In this document: one piece after another, positions 9,251-17,989 of the stretch | Layout of the letters: the number at the start of each line of letters is the position of its first letter | How positions within the stretch are numbered: the stretch's first letter is position 1 | Assembly (NCBI GenBank): GCA_965237415.1 | Contig: CBDEFM010000002.1 | Span: forward strand, 3,456,001 to 3,520,000 | DNA length: 64,000 nucleotides | Origin: Alphaproteobacteria bacterium | Lineage (GTDB): Bacteria; Pseudomonadota; Alphaproteobacteria; UBA828 | Reading direction: 5' to 3' | Program-made: the position numbers and the translations under genes | The notes under the pieces: model-generated | The model's database searches: none | Told to the model about the DNA's origin: nothing | Seen by the model: the letters and a program-made list of their open reading frames with translations, nothing else

Positions 9251-10498
9251 ATGCAGCATGTGATCGTGGGTGCCGGCCCGGCCGGCGTGGTCGCTGCCGA
9301 AACCTTGCGGAAGGGAGACCGGGCCGCCGACATCGTCCTGATCGGCGACGAGCCGGAGCCGCCCTATTCGCGGATGGCAATTCCCTATGTCCTCGAAGGC
9401 ATGATCGAGCAGAGCGGGACCTACCTGCGCAAGTCAGACGGGCACTATGAGGGGCTCGGCATCCAGTATCGGCAGGGGCGGGTAGAATCCGTGGCGGCAG
9501 GGGACGGCACGCTCACCCTCAGCGGCGGCGACAAGGTCTCCTACGACCGCCTGTTGATCGCCACAGGCGCGACGCCGCTGAGCCCGCCGGTGCCGGGCCG
9601 AGATTTGCCCGGCGTGCACAACTGCTGGACGTTGGCGGACTGCCGCGGGATCGCGGAGCTGCTGAACGCCGAGGCCAACGTCGTGCTCATCGGCGCCGGC
9701 TTCATCGGCTGCATCATTTTGGAGGCGCTCGCCAAGCGCTGCGGCACGCTCACCGTGGTGGAGATGGAAGAGCGCATGGTCTCGCGCATGATGGACGAGA
9801 CCGCAGGCGGCATGCTGGAACGCTGGTGCGCGACCAAGAGCATTCGGGTGCTCACCTCGACGCGGGTCGCCGCAATCGAGGCCGCGACCGGCACGGACGG
9901 CGACAAGGCCGTGGTGCTCGACAGCGGCGAGAAGCTCCAGGCTCATCTGGTCGTGCTCGCCGTCGGCGTCGCGCCGAATATCGGCTTCCTCGAAGGGAGC
10001 GGGATCAAGACCGAACACGGCGTGCTCGTCGATCAGCACCTGGAGACGAGCGCCGAAGGCGTGTTCGCCGCCGGCGATGTGGCCCAGGGCCTCGATTTCT
10101 CCACCGGCGAATACTCGGTGCACGCGATCCAGCCGACCGCGACCGAGCACGGCCGCATCGCGGCGCTCAACATGCTGGGGCGTCATGCCCACTACAAGGG
10201 CAGCCTCAACATGAACGTGCTCGCCACGGTGGGCCTGGTTTCCAGCTCGTTCGGCAGCTGGGACGGCGTTGCCGGCGGCGATAGCGGCGTCGCCGTGGAC
10301 GAGGACGGATACAAGTACCTCCGGCTCGAATTCGACGGCGACCAACTGGTCGGCGCGCTCGGCATCGGGCTTACCGATCATGTCGGCGTGATCCGCGGCC
10401 TGATCCAGAACCAGACGGCGCTTGCCGACTGGAAGGGAAGGCTGCTGGAGAACCCGCACCGCGTGATGGAGGCCTACGTCGCCCACAGCCAGGTTTGA
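9251..10498 (+). CDS. aorC: FAD/NAD(P)-dependent oxidoreductase (AorC-like)
   Basis: GAGPAG and GAGFIG dinucleotide folds, LLIATG, FAAGD; position in aor operon. Confidence 0.85.
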   Translation: MQHVIVGAGPAGVVAAETLRKGDRAADIVLIGDEPEPPYSRMAIPYVLEGMIEQSGTYLRKSDGHYEGLGIQYRQGRVESVAAGDGTLTLSGGDKVSYDRLLIATGATPLSPPVPGRDLPGVHNCWTLADCRGIAELLNAEANVVLIGAGFIGCIILEALAKRCGTLTVVEMEERMVSRMMDETAGGMLERWCATKSIRVLTSTRVAAIEAATGTDGDKAVVLDSGEKLQAHLVVLAVGVAPNIGFLEGSGIKTEHGVLVDQHLETSAEGVFAAGDVAQGLDFSTGEYSVHAIQPTATEHGRIAALNMLGRHAHYKGSLNMNVLATVGLVSSSFGSWDGVAGGDSGVAVDEDGYKYLRLEFDGDQLVGALGIGLTDHVGVIRGLIQNQTALADWKGRLLENPHRVMEAYVAHSQV

Positions 10499-10554
10499 AC
10501 GGCGACGGCAGCGGTGACGGGGGCGATGGCGGCGACGCCAGCCGTGAAGACGCC

Positions 10555-10806
10555 ATGAAGGTGAGCGTCAAGCTCTACGCGCTCTTGAGCGACTATCTCC
10601 CCGCCGGTGCCGTGGACAACCAGGTCGAGCTCGAACTTCCCGAAGGGACGACGCCGGAAGACGTCTTCGCCAAGTTCAATCTGCCCCGCCAGTACTGCTC
10701 CATCGTGCTGGTGAACGGCGTCTACGTGGAGCCGAGCGAGCGCGGCTCCCTCGCGCTGGGCGAGAACGACACGCTGGCGATCTGGCCGCCCGTGGCCGGC
10801 GGCTGA
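10555..10806 (+). CDS. MoaD/ThiS-family sulfur carrier (pterin cofactor maturation)
   Basis: MKVSVKLYA start, IVLVNG, ends IWPPVAGG. Confidence 0.88.
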   Translation: MKVSVKLYALLSDYLPAGAVDNQVELELPEGTTPEDVFAKFNLPRQYCSIVLVNGVYVEPSERGSLALGENDTLAIWPPVAGG

Positions 10807-10861
10807 GCTGCCGACCCGGCGGCGAGCCCCCGGCGCGCACGCCCCAGCGCGAGCCGCATCC

Positions 10862-11161
10862 GTGCCCGAGACGACGACCGAGACGCTCACCGTCGAGAAG
10901 GAGATGGCGATCGAGCGCCACGAGTTCCGGCGCACGCTGCGCCGCGCACTGCCGGAGGCCCGAATCGCCGAGGACGGCGACGCGATCACGGTTCGCGAGG
11001 GCCAGGGTACGCTGGAGATCACGCTCTCGTCCGAGCGCGAGCGCCGCATCGGCCTGCTCGCGTTGCCGGTTATCACGGCGCGGTTCCACTACAGCGGCTA
11101 TGCCGATCCCGCCGGGCACCTCGCCCGGCTCGACATCTCCTTCCAGCGGGGCGGCGGGTAG
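10862..11161 (+). CDS. Small hypothetical protein ending in FQRGGG, aor-operon associated
   Basis: 99-aa ORF co-oriented with moaD-like gene; ERRIGLLALP...FQRGGG C-terminus. Confidence 0.7.
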   Translation: MPETTTETLTVEKEMAIERHEFRRTLRRALPEARIAEDGDAITVREGQGTLEITLSSERERRIGLLALPVITARFHYSGYADPAGHLARLDISFQRGGG

Positions 11162-11239
11162 ACCCATCGCGCGTTGCGCTTGCCGCGCTTTCCGTCCACC
11201 ATTCGGGATCGCCACAAGAAGCGGATGGAGGGACTGGGA

Positions 11240-11683
11240 ATGGCTTACACGCGAGCGAAGGTCGTCGAGGAGATCAGCGCGACGGCTGACCGTGTCTTCG
11301 GCGAGATCGGGGCCTTCAACAATCTGCCCGTGATCATGGCCGGCACCATCACGAGGAGCACGCTCGACAGGAAAGGCGTGGTGCGGACACTCAGGATCAA
11401 GGGGATGAAGGGCTCGCTCGACGAGAGCCTGCTGAAGTACGACACGGCGGCGCGCGTGCAGATCTATACGATCACCGCCGACCCGAACGACTTGGCGCCC
11501 TTCAACGATTACACCGCCACGATCAAGGTGAAGCCGATCACCTCGCGGCGCTCTGGGGTCGAATGGACCAGCCGCTTCGTGCCGAAGAGGGGCAAGACCA
11601 AGGCGGAATGCATCGAGTTCGCGGAGGGCATCTACCGCCTCGGAATCCAGGGCACCAGGGATGTGCTCGGGGTCAAGAAATAG
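11240..11683 (+). CDS. SRPBCC (START/Bet v1-like, polyketide cyclase) family protein
   Basis: ATG at 11240 after GGAGGG; ADRVF..IGAF, VRTL, Y.ATIKV, VEWTSRF and C-terminal helix pattern. Confidence 0.75.
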   Translation: MAYTRAKVVEEISATADRVFGEIGAFNNLPVIMAGTITRSTLDRKGVVRTLRIKGMKGSLDESLLKYDTAARVQIYTITADPNDLAPFNDYTATIKVKPITSRRSGVEWTSRFVPKRGKTKAECIEFAEGIYRLGIQGTRDVLGVKK

Positions 11684-11714
11684 CGCACACCGAGGCGTAC
11701 CGCAGCCGCGCCGG

Positions 11715-12467
11715 TCAACGGCGCGGCGGGGGATAGATCACCGCTTCGAGGTAGAGACCCGAGGCCGGGGCCGTCGGGCCGCTCAGGCTCCGGTCGCGGG
11801 CAGCGAGCGCGGCACCGACATCGGCGGGCGTCCGCCGGCCTTCGCCGACCTCGACCAGGGTCCCCACCATCGCGCGCACCTGGTGGTGGAGGAAGGACCG
11901 CGCCCAGGCACGGATCGCGATCTCCTCTCCGCTGCGGGTGACGGCGAGGCTCTGCAGGGTACGGACCGGCGAGGCCGCCTGACACTGGGCGGCGCGAAAG
12001 GTCGTGAAGTCGTGGGTGCCTTCGAGCAGACGCGCGGCCTCGGCCATGGCATGGAAGTCGAGCGGGCGGGGCAGGTGCCAGGCGCGCTTGTGCGCGAGTG
12101 CGAGCGGCGCCTTGCGATTGACGATCCGGTAGAGATAGACGCGCGCCGTGGCATCGCGCCTCGCATCGAAGGTGGGCGGTGCCTCCGCGGCGTCGAGGAC
12201 GGTGACCCGCGCTGGTCTCAAGTGCGCGTTGAGCGCGTCGCGCAGCACCTCGGGCGCGGCCTGCTTGGCGAGGTCCAGGTGGCAGCATTGGCCGAGCGCG
12301 TGAACGCCGGAATCGGTGCGCCCTGCGCCATGCACCCTGACCCGCTCGCCGCAGAAGCGCTCGACCGCGCGTTCCAGCGCCTCTTGCACCGACCGCCCGT
12401 CGCCCTGGTACTGCCAGCCGACGAAGCCGGTGCCGTCGTATTCGAGGGTCAGCTTGTAGCGGGGCAT
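11715..12467 (-). CDS. truA: tRNA pseudouridine(38-40) synthase
   Basis: YDGTGFVGWQ, GAGRTDSGVHA, SFLHHQVRAMVG. Confidence 0.96.
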   Translation of the reverse strand: MPRYKLTLEYDGTGFVGWQYQGDGRSVQEALERAVERFCGERVRVHGAGRTDSGVHALGQCCHLDLAKQAAPEVLRDALNAHLRPARVTVLDAAEAPPTFDARRDATARVYLYRIVNRKAPLALAHKRAWHLPRPLDFHAMAEAARLLEGTHDFTTFRAAQCQAASPVRTLQSLAVTRSGEEIAIRAWARSFLHHQVRAMVGTLVEVGEGRRTPADVGAALAARDRSLSGPTAPASGLYLEAVIYPPPRR

Positions 12468-13396
12468 GGGAGTTGCGTGCCGGCCTCGATCGGCCGACCC
12501 CGGAGGAAGGCGTCCGTCCCCATCGGCGTCTTGCCGGCGCGCTGCAGGCGTGTCGGGCGCAGTGCCGAATCACCGCCGCAGGCAATGGTGAGTGCCTCGT
12601 CGATGACTGTTCCCGGCGGCGCCTCCACAACCGGGCTCGCCTCCGTCGCGGCCAGAACCTTGATGCGCTCGCCGCCATGGCTGAACCAGGCGCCGGGAGC
12701 CGGCGCGAGCGCGCGAACCGTGCGCTCGATGTGCCTTGCCGGCGCGCGCCAGTCGATGGCGGCCTCGTGTTTCTCCAACTTAGCCGCGTAGGTCGCCCCG
12801 CCGCTCGGCTGCGGCGTTTCCGCGAGCGTTCCCGCCGCAAGGGCGTCGATTGCGTCCACCACCAGCCGGGCTGAAAGGGCGGCGAGCGTGTCGTGGAGCA
12901 TACCGCCGGTGGTCTCAGGTCCAATGGGCACCGCCTCCGCGGCCAGGATGGGGCCGGTGTCGAGACCTTCGTCCATTCGCATGATGGTGACGCCCGACTC
13001 TTCGTCGCCCGCCATGATCGCACGCTGGATCGGCGCGGCGCCGCGCCAGCGCGGCAGCAGCGAAGCATGGGCATTGATGCAGCCGAGCCTCGGCGCGGCA
13101 AGCACGGCCGGCGGCAGGATCAGGCCGTAGGCGACCGTGACCGCGAGGTCCGCACCGAGCGCCGCGAACGCCGTCTGCGCCTCCTCGCGCTTCAAGCTCG
13201 GCGGAGTCCTGACCGGAAACCCCGCAGCCTCGGCGCGCACCGCCACCGGCGTCGGCCGCACCTTGCGGCCGCGCTCCGCTGCGCGCGGCGGCTGGGTGTA
13301 GACAGCGGCGATGGAATGGCCGCTCGCGCAGAGCGCGTCGAGGGTAGGAACCGCATAGGCCGGCGTTCCCATGAACACCAGCCTGAGCGGCTTCAT
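12449..13396 (-). CDS. fmt: Methionyl-tRNA formyltransferase
   Basis: FMGTP, HASLLPRWRGAAPIQ, MDEGLDTG; def-fmt-truA order. Confidence 0.97.
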   Translation of the reverse strand: MKPLRLVFMGTPAYAVPTLDALCASGHSIAAVYTQPPRAAERGRKVRPTPVAVRAEAAGFPVRTPPSLKREEAQTAFAALGADLAVTVAYGLILPPAVLAAPRLGCINAHASLLPRWRGAAPIQRAIMAGDEESGVTIMRMDEGLDTGPILAAEAVPIGPETTGGMLHDTLAALSARLVVDAIDALAAGTLAETPQPSGGATYAAKLEKHEAAIDWRAPARHIERTVRALAPAPGAWFSHGGERIKVLAATEASPVVEAPPGTVIDEALTIACGGDSALRPTRLQRAGKTPMGTDAFLRGRPIEAGTQLPCPATS

Positions 13397-13436
13397 GACC
13401 TTCCGCGCAGGCGGGGACCGGCTCGCGACGGAAACC

Positions 13437-13955
13437 TCAGGCGCCGGCAGCGGTGCGGCGCGCCTTGGTCAACTTGCGCAGGATGATGCTGCGCTTGACC
13501 AGCGACAGGTAGTCCACGAAGAGCACCCCCTCCAGATGGTCGATCTCGTGCTGGAGGCAAACGGCGAGCGTGCCGACGGCCGTCAGCTCCTGAGAGGCCC
13601 CGGTTTCGTCCTGGTAGGCCACCGTCACCGACGCCGGCCGCTCCACTTCCGCATAGTGTTCGGGGAAGGAGAGGCAGCCTTCCTCGAGGCTCACGCGCTC
13701 GTCCGAACGCCATACGATCTCTGGATTGACCAGCTTGAGCGGTGCCGGCGGCTCGTCCGCCATGTGCACATCGGTCACGATGCAGCGCCTGGGCTCGCCG
13801 ATCTGGATGGCGGCGAGGCCGATGCCGTCTGAGGCGCACATCGTCTCCAGCATGTCGTCGAGGAGCGCGCGCACCTCATCGTCGACGACGTCGACTGGCG
13901 CGGAGCGCGCCTTCAGCCGCTTGTCGGGCGCGGTGATGATCGGGCGTTTGGCCAT
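13437..13955 (-). CDS. def: Peptide deformylase
   Basis: GIGLAAIQ, EGCLS, QHEIDHLEG motifs. Confidence 0.97.
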   Translation of the reverse strand: MAKRPIITAPDKRLKARSAPVDVVDDEVRALLDDMLETMCASDGIGLAAIQIGEPRRCIVTDVHMADEPPAPLKLVNPEIVWRSDERVSLEEGCLSFPEHYAEVERPASVTVAYQDETGASQELTAVGTLAVCLQHEIDHLEGVLFVDYLSLVKRSIILRKLTKARRTAAGA

Positions 13956-13956
13956 C

Positions 13957-14003
13957 GCTGTGCGCGTAAGCAGAGCCGTTGCTTAGCTAAGACCGCGCAC
14001 AGC
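13957..14003. terminator. Hairpin between the LLM gene and def (possible terminator or RBS-sequestering stem)
   Basis: Perfect 10-bp inverted repeat GCTGTGCGCG (13957-13966) / CGCGCACAGC (13994-14003); no clear U-tract. Confidence 0.35.
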
Positions 14004-14022
14004 CGAGGTCAAGTGGCCGCAC

Positions 14023-14991
14023 TCACCCGTCGGCCTTGGGGCGCACCTCCTCGGCGAACTCCGTGATGGCGTCGAGCGTCTCCTCGATGGTCGCGCGCAG
14101 GAACTGGAGCAGCAGGTGGCGGCAGCCGAGCTCGCGGAGCGCCTGGATGTCGCTCGCGATGTCGTCGGCCGAGCCGGAGAGCAGCATCCGCTCGCCCGTA
14201 TCGGTCATGATCGGCTCCTGATCGGCGCCGTACCAGACGGCCCAGAACGCGAGGTCGATACTGGCCGGGTCGCGGCCCTCCGCCTCCGCCATGGCGCGAA
14301 GGTCGCCGAGGGAGGCGGCGAAGCGGCCCAGCGTGTCCAGCGGGAAGCGCGGGTTGCAGCCGATCGGGAACCAGGCATCGCCGTAGCGCGCGGTGCGGCG
14401 CTTGGCCGGTTTGCTCTCGCCGCCCACCCAGATGGGCGGGTGCGGCTTCTGCACCGGTTTGGGGTGGAACAGTATGTTGTCGAAGGAGGTGAACTCCCCC
14501 TCATACTTCGGTGCGTCGGCGGTCCAGAGCTCCTTGTAGATGCGGAGGTACTCGTCGGTCGCCCGGCCGCGGGCGTCGAACGGCGGTGCGCCGACGGGCG
14601 GGAACTCTTCTGCCATCCAGCCGGCGCCCACACCGACGATCACGCGTCCGCCCGACAGCAGATCGATGGTGGAGAGCAGCTTCGCGGTCAGCACCGGCTG
14701 GCGATAGGGAACCACCATCACCGAGGTGAGCAGCCGCATCTCCTGCGTGATACCGGCAAGGTAGGCCATGAGCGCGATCGGCTCCAGGCACTCGCCGGCG
14801 AGCAGGGTGGGGAAGTTCAGCGTGCCGTCGGGCGAATAGGGGTAGGGCGAATCGATGCCCTTGGGCACCACGATGTGGTCCGGGATGGCGAGAATGCGGT
14901 AGCCCAGCTTTTCGCCGTGCTGGGCGATGGTTCCGATGTGCTCCGGCACGGCCAGCGGCCCGCCGTTGGGTACGTTGAAGCCGTATTCCAT
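14023..14991 (-). CDS. LLM-class oxidoreductase, probable F420-dependent (Rv2161c-like) subfamily
   Basis: PDHIVVP, YPYS, GVGAGWMAEEF, PKPVQKPHPPIWVGGES motifs. Confidence 0.8.
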   Translation of the reverse strand: MEYGFNVPNGGPLAVPEHIGTIAQHGEKLGYRILAIPDHIVVPKGIDSPYPYSPDGTLNFPTLLAGECLEPIALMAYLAGITQEMRLLTSVMVVPYRQPVLTAKLLSTIDLLSGGRVIVGVGAGWMAEEFPPVGAPPFDARGRATDEYLRIYKELWTADAPKYEGEFTSFDNILFHPKPVQKPHPPIWVGGESKPAKRRTARYGDAWFPIGCNPRFPLDTLGRFAASLGDLRAMAEAEGRDPASIDLAFWAVWYGADQEPIMTDTGERMLLSGSADDIASDIQALRELGCRHLLLQFLRATIEETLDAITEFAEEVRPKADG

Positions 14992-15040
14992 TCCCCTATC
15001 CCATCAGTTCGAATGTTCACCGTTGGCTGCCGCCCAGTCG

Positions 15041-15070
15041 GGCGATGGCGCTCGTTCTAGCGCCATCGTC
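15041..15070. terminator. GC-rich hairpin downstream of hpnA
   Basis: CGATGGCGCT-cgttct-AGCGCCATCG perfect 10-bp stem. Confidence 0.4.
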
Positions 15071-15130
15071 GGAAGCGCGGCAAGGATCAATCCCGGCGAT
15101 CGGCCGCCTCGGCGTTCGCGCCCGGGCCGT

Positions 15131-16117
15131 TTACACGTAGCCGTTGGCCTGAAACCAGCGCATCGCATCGGCCAGCGCTTGGCTTGCGGGGCGGGCGGTG
15201 TAGCCGAGTTCGCGCTCGGCCTTGGCGGAGGAGAAGAACATCATCTTGCGCGCCATGCGCAGGCTGTCGCGGGTTAGTCTGGGCTCGCCGCCCGCGACAC
15301 GCGCCCAGGCTTCGCCGGCGGCGGCCACCGGCGCGAGCAGGCGGTGGGAGAGCCGGATTCGCGGGGCCCGGCGCCCCGTGAGCTGCGCCAGGCATTCGAG
15401 AATTTCGCGCAAGGACATGTTCTCGCCGCCGAGGATATAGCGCTCGCCGATGGCGCCTTGCGCGAGCGCCTGCAGATGGCCGGCGGCACAGTCGTCGACA
15501 TGGACCACGTTGAGGCCGGTATCGACGTAGGCCGGCATGCGCCCGGTCGCGAAATCGACGATGATTCGCCCGGTCGGCGTCGGTTTGATGTCGCGCGGGC
15601 CGATGGGCGCGGAGGGGTTGACGATGACCGCCGGCACCCCTTCGTCGCGGACGAGCGTACGCACCGCCTCCTCCGCCAGGAACTTCGAGCGCTTGTAATG
15701 GCCGATCATGGCGGCCTCGGTTACGGGGGTCTCCTCGTCGGCGGGCGAGTGGTCGGCGTTGAGGCCCAAAGTGGCGACGCTCGACGTGTAGACGATGCGT
15801 GTGGCCCCCGCAGATGCGGCGGCGCGCAGCAGGTCGCGGGAGCCATCCACGTTGGTGCGGTAGACCGTCGGCGGATCGGGAATCCAGAGCCGATAGTCGG
15901 CCGCCACGTGAAAGAGCGTGTCGCAGCCGCGCGCAGCCTCCTCCAGCGAGGGACGATGGGTCAGGTCGCCGGTTGCGCGTTCCACATCGAGGCCGTCGAT
16001 GTTGCGCGTATCGGCGCCGGGTCGCATCAGCACGCGCACCGCGTGGCCGGCGTCGAGCAACGCGCGGGCGACGGCCGAGCCGAGAAATCCGGTGGCACCT
16101 GTCACCAGCGTTGTCAT
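15131..16117 (-). CDS. hpnA: Hopanoid-associated NAD-dependent epimerase/dehydratase HpnA
   Basis: TGATGFLG, FHVAADYRLW, YKRSK, GPRDIKPTPTG, PAYVDTGLN. Confidence 0.88.
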   Translation of the reverse strand: MTTLVTGATGFLGSAVARALLDAGHAVRVLMRPGADTRNIDGLDVERATGDLTHRPSLEEAARGCDTLFHVAADYRLWIPDPPTVYRTNVDGSRDLLRAAASAGATRIVYTSSVATLGLNADHSPADEETPVTEAAMIGHYKRSKFLAEEAVRTLVRDEGVPAVIVNPSAPIGPRDIKPTPTGRIIVDFATGRMPAYVDTGLNVVHVDDCAAGHLQALAQGAIGERYILGGENMSLREILECLAQLTGRRAPRIRLSHRLLAPVAAAGEAWARVAGGEPRLTRDSLRMARKMMFFSSAKAERELGYTARPASQALADAMRWFQANGYV

Positions 16118-16797
16118 GGCGCAGTCTCCGGCAACTTGCCGAACAGGAGGCGTCGCTCACGCCAGGCGAGCCAGATCACATAGAGCGGAGTCAGCCCGAC
16201 ACCGGCCAGCAGCAGTATTATCAGGCCGCCGCCCCAGGTGATGGGGCCGATGAAGTACATCGTGTCCTCCAGGTGGAACCCCTTGAACATCGGCTGCCGC
16301 GCCTGGCGCTCGCCGGCGCGCTGCTCGATCCGCCAGAACATGAGAAACAGCGTCGAGACCGAAACCCCGGCGATCAGGCCGAGATAAGGCGCCCAGCCGC
16401 CGATCCAGCTCCCTTGCAGGCCGATGCCGATGCAGACGAAGAGCGCCACATGGATGACGGCGTCGCTGTAGTTGTCGTAGTGATACCCGAATCGGCTGGA
16501 TTTGCCGGAAAGCCTGGCCAGCTCGCCGTCCATGTGATCGACGAAGTTGGACAGCATGAAGAGCCCCGCGGCATAGAGGATCTCCGGCCGCGTACCGGTG
16601 GCGAAGAGGCCGCAGGCCGCGAGCCCGAGGATAAGCCTGACCGTGGTGATGTGGTTCGGCGTGACCGGAGTGTGCACCAGCGGCCGCGCCGTCCAGCCGG
16701 CGAGCCGCTGGTCCCAAGCCCTGCGCGGCTTTGTTGGTTTGGGTTCGGCGTTCTCGTCGCCAGCCCCATCGCTTGTGTCCATCTTGTGTTCGACCAT
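16114..16797 (-). CDS. CDP-alcohol phosphatidyltransferase family membrane protein
   Basis: TPNHIT and DHMDGELARLSGKSSRFGYHYDNYSD match the DxxDGxxAR...GxxxDxxxD signature; stop overlaps hpnA start. Confidence 0.9.
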   Translation of the reverse strand: MVEHKMDTSDGAGDENAEPKPTKPRRAWDQRLAGWTARPLVHTPVTPNHITTVRLILGLAACGLFATGTRPEILYAAGLFMLSNFVDHMDGELARLSGKSSRFGYHYDNYSDAVIHVALFVCIGIGLQGSWIGGWAPYLGLIAGVSVSTLFLMFWRIEQRAGERQARQPMFKGFHLEDTMYFIGPITWGGGLIILLLAGVGLTPLYVIWLAWRERRLLFGKLPETAP

Positions 16798-16848
16798 GGG
16801 GCGTCATATAGCCCGAAACGGGGTCGTGACAACGCCGGACATTCCGCT

Positions 16849-17583
16849 ATGCGCGCCGTCATGCTTGCCGCCGGCGTTGGCCGGCGCCTGGCAATCGAGG
16901 AACCCAAGGTGCTGCTGCGCTTCGGCGGCCGCACCCTGCTGGAACGCCACCTCGCTATTCTCGCCGCGCTCGGCGTTCGCGACGTGGCGATCGGCATCGG
17001 CTACGAGGCCCTCACCATCGAGCGTGCGTTGACGTCGCTCGGGCAGACGGAGGTCTCCACCGTCTACAACCCCGACTACGAGCAGGGCAGCATCCTGACG
17101 CTCTGGTCGGTGCGCGAGGCGCTCACGGCGGGCGGATCGGTGCTCCTGATGGATGGGGACGTACTCTACGACCGCCGCGTGCTTGCGCCTTTGGTTGAGA
17201 CGCGCCACGCCGATTGCCTGCTGGTCGATCGCGCCTACGAACCGGGCGATGAGCCCGTCAAGGTCGGCGTCGTGGACGGCGTGCCCACCGACTTCGGCAA
17301 GACCATCGACCCTGCGGTCGAGGCCTACGGCGAATCGGTGGGTTTCTTCCGCCTCAGCGAGGAGATGGCGAAAGCGCTGGTCGAAACAGCCGGGCAGATG
17401 ATCGACGACGGCGGCACCGAGCGCCCCATGGAGGACGCCATCGCCGTCGTCCTCCGCGCCGCGAGCCCGCCCTTCGGCTTCGAGGACGTGACCGGCCTGC
17501 CCTGGATCGAGATCGATTTGCCCGAGGACGTGGAGCGCGCCGAGACAGTTGTCCTGCCGGGGCTCGCGGATGAAGATCGTTGA
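16849..17583 (+). CDS. LicC/IPCT-like nucleotidyltransferase (phosphocholine/sugar-phosphate cytidylyltransferase family)
   Basis: LAAGVGRRL...PKVLL, MDGDVLY, GESVGFF, WIEIDLPED. Confidence 0.85.
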   Translation: MRAVMLAAGVGRRLAIEEPKVLLRFGGRTLLERHLAILAALGVRDVAIGIGYEALTIERALTSLGQTEVSTVYNPDYEQGSILTLWSVREALTAGGSVLLMDGDVLYDRRVLAPLVETRHADCLLVDRAYEPGDEPVKVGVVDGVPTDFGKTIDPAVEAYGESVGFFRLSEEMAKALVETAGQMIDDGGTERPMEDAIAVVLRAASPPFGFEDVTGLPWIEIDLPEDVERAETVVLPGLADEDR

Positions 17584-17617
17584 GGCGCAGCCCCGACTAA
17601 TGGAGGCCTGTCCGGCC

Positions 17618-17851
17618 ATGGTCGTTGTGAATGTCAGTCGAGCGAAGAGCCAGCTCTCCCGACTGCTGGCGCGAGTCGAGGCCGGGGAGGAGGTCACGAT
17701 CACCCGCCGAGGCAAGCCGGTCGCGCGGCTTATCGCCTGTAAGCCCCGGAAGGAGCGGCGTCCGGATCGTCTCAAGGGCAAAGCGGTCATTCCCGACGAT
17801 TTCTTCGACCCGCTGCCGGAAGAGGAGCTTAAACTCTGGGAAGGCCGATAG
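17618..17851 (+). CDS. Phd/YefM-family antitoxin (no adjacent toxin)
   Basis: VNVSRAKSQLSRLLARVEAGEEVTITRRGKPVARL...DDFFDPLP; GGAGG RBS. Confidence 0.85.
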   Translation: MVVVNVSRAKSQLSRLLARVEAGEEVTITRRGKPVARLIACKPRKERRPDRLKGKAVIPDDFFDPLPEEELKLWEGR

Positions 17852-17989
17852 GCGGCGCGTAAGTCGCTCAGCGCCTATCCGTGTTTGTGGTGAGGAGAGC
17901 TCTTCCCCGCCCTGCGCCGATTCGACGCAGGCGCGCCGCCTCACCATAATGGCCGCCACCAAGAGAAATCGCTGCCCAGGAGATGCGCG

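Noticed and set aside
10499-10554. GGC/GAC-rich low-complexity run before the moaD-like gene (possible N-terminal extension from TTG 10495)
   Set aside because: Short degenerate trinucleotide tract; MoaD homology starts at ATG 10555
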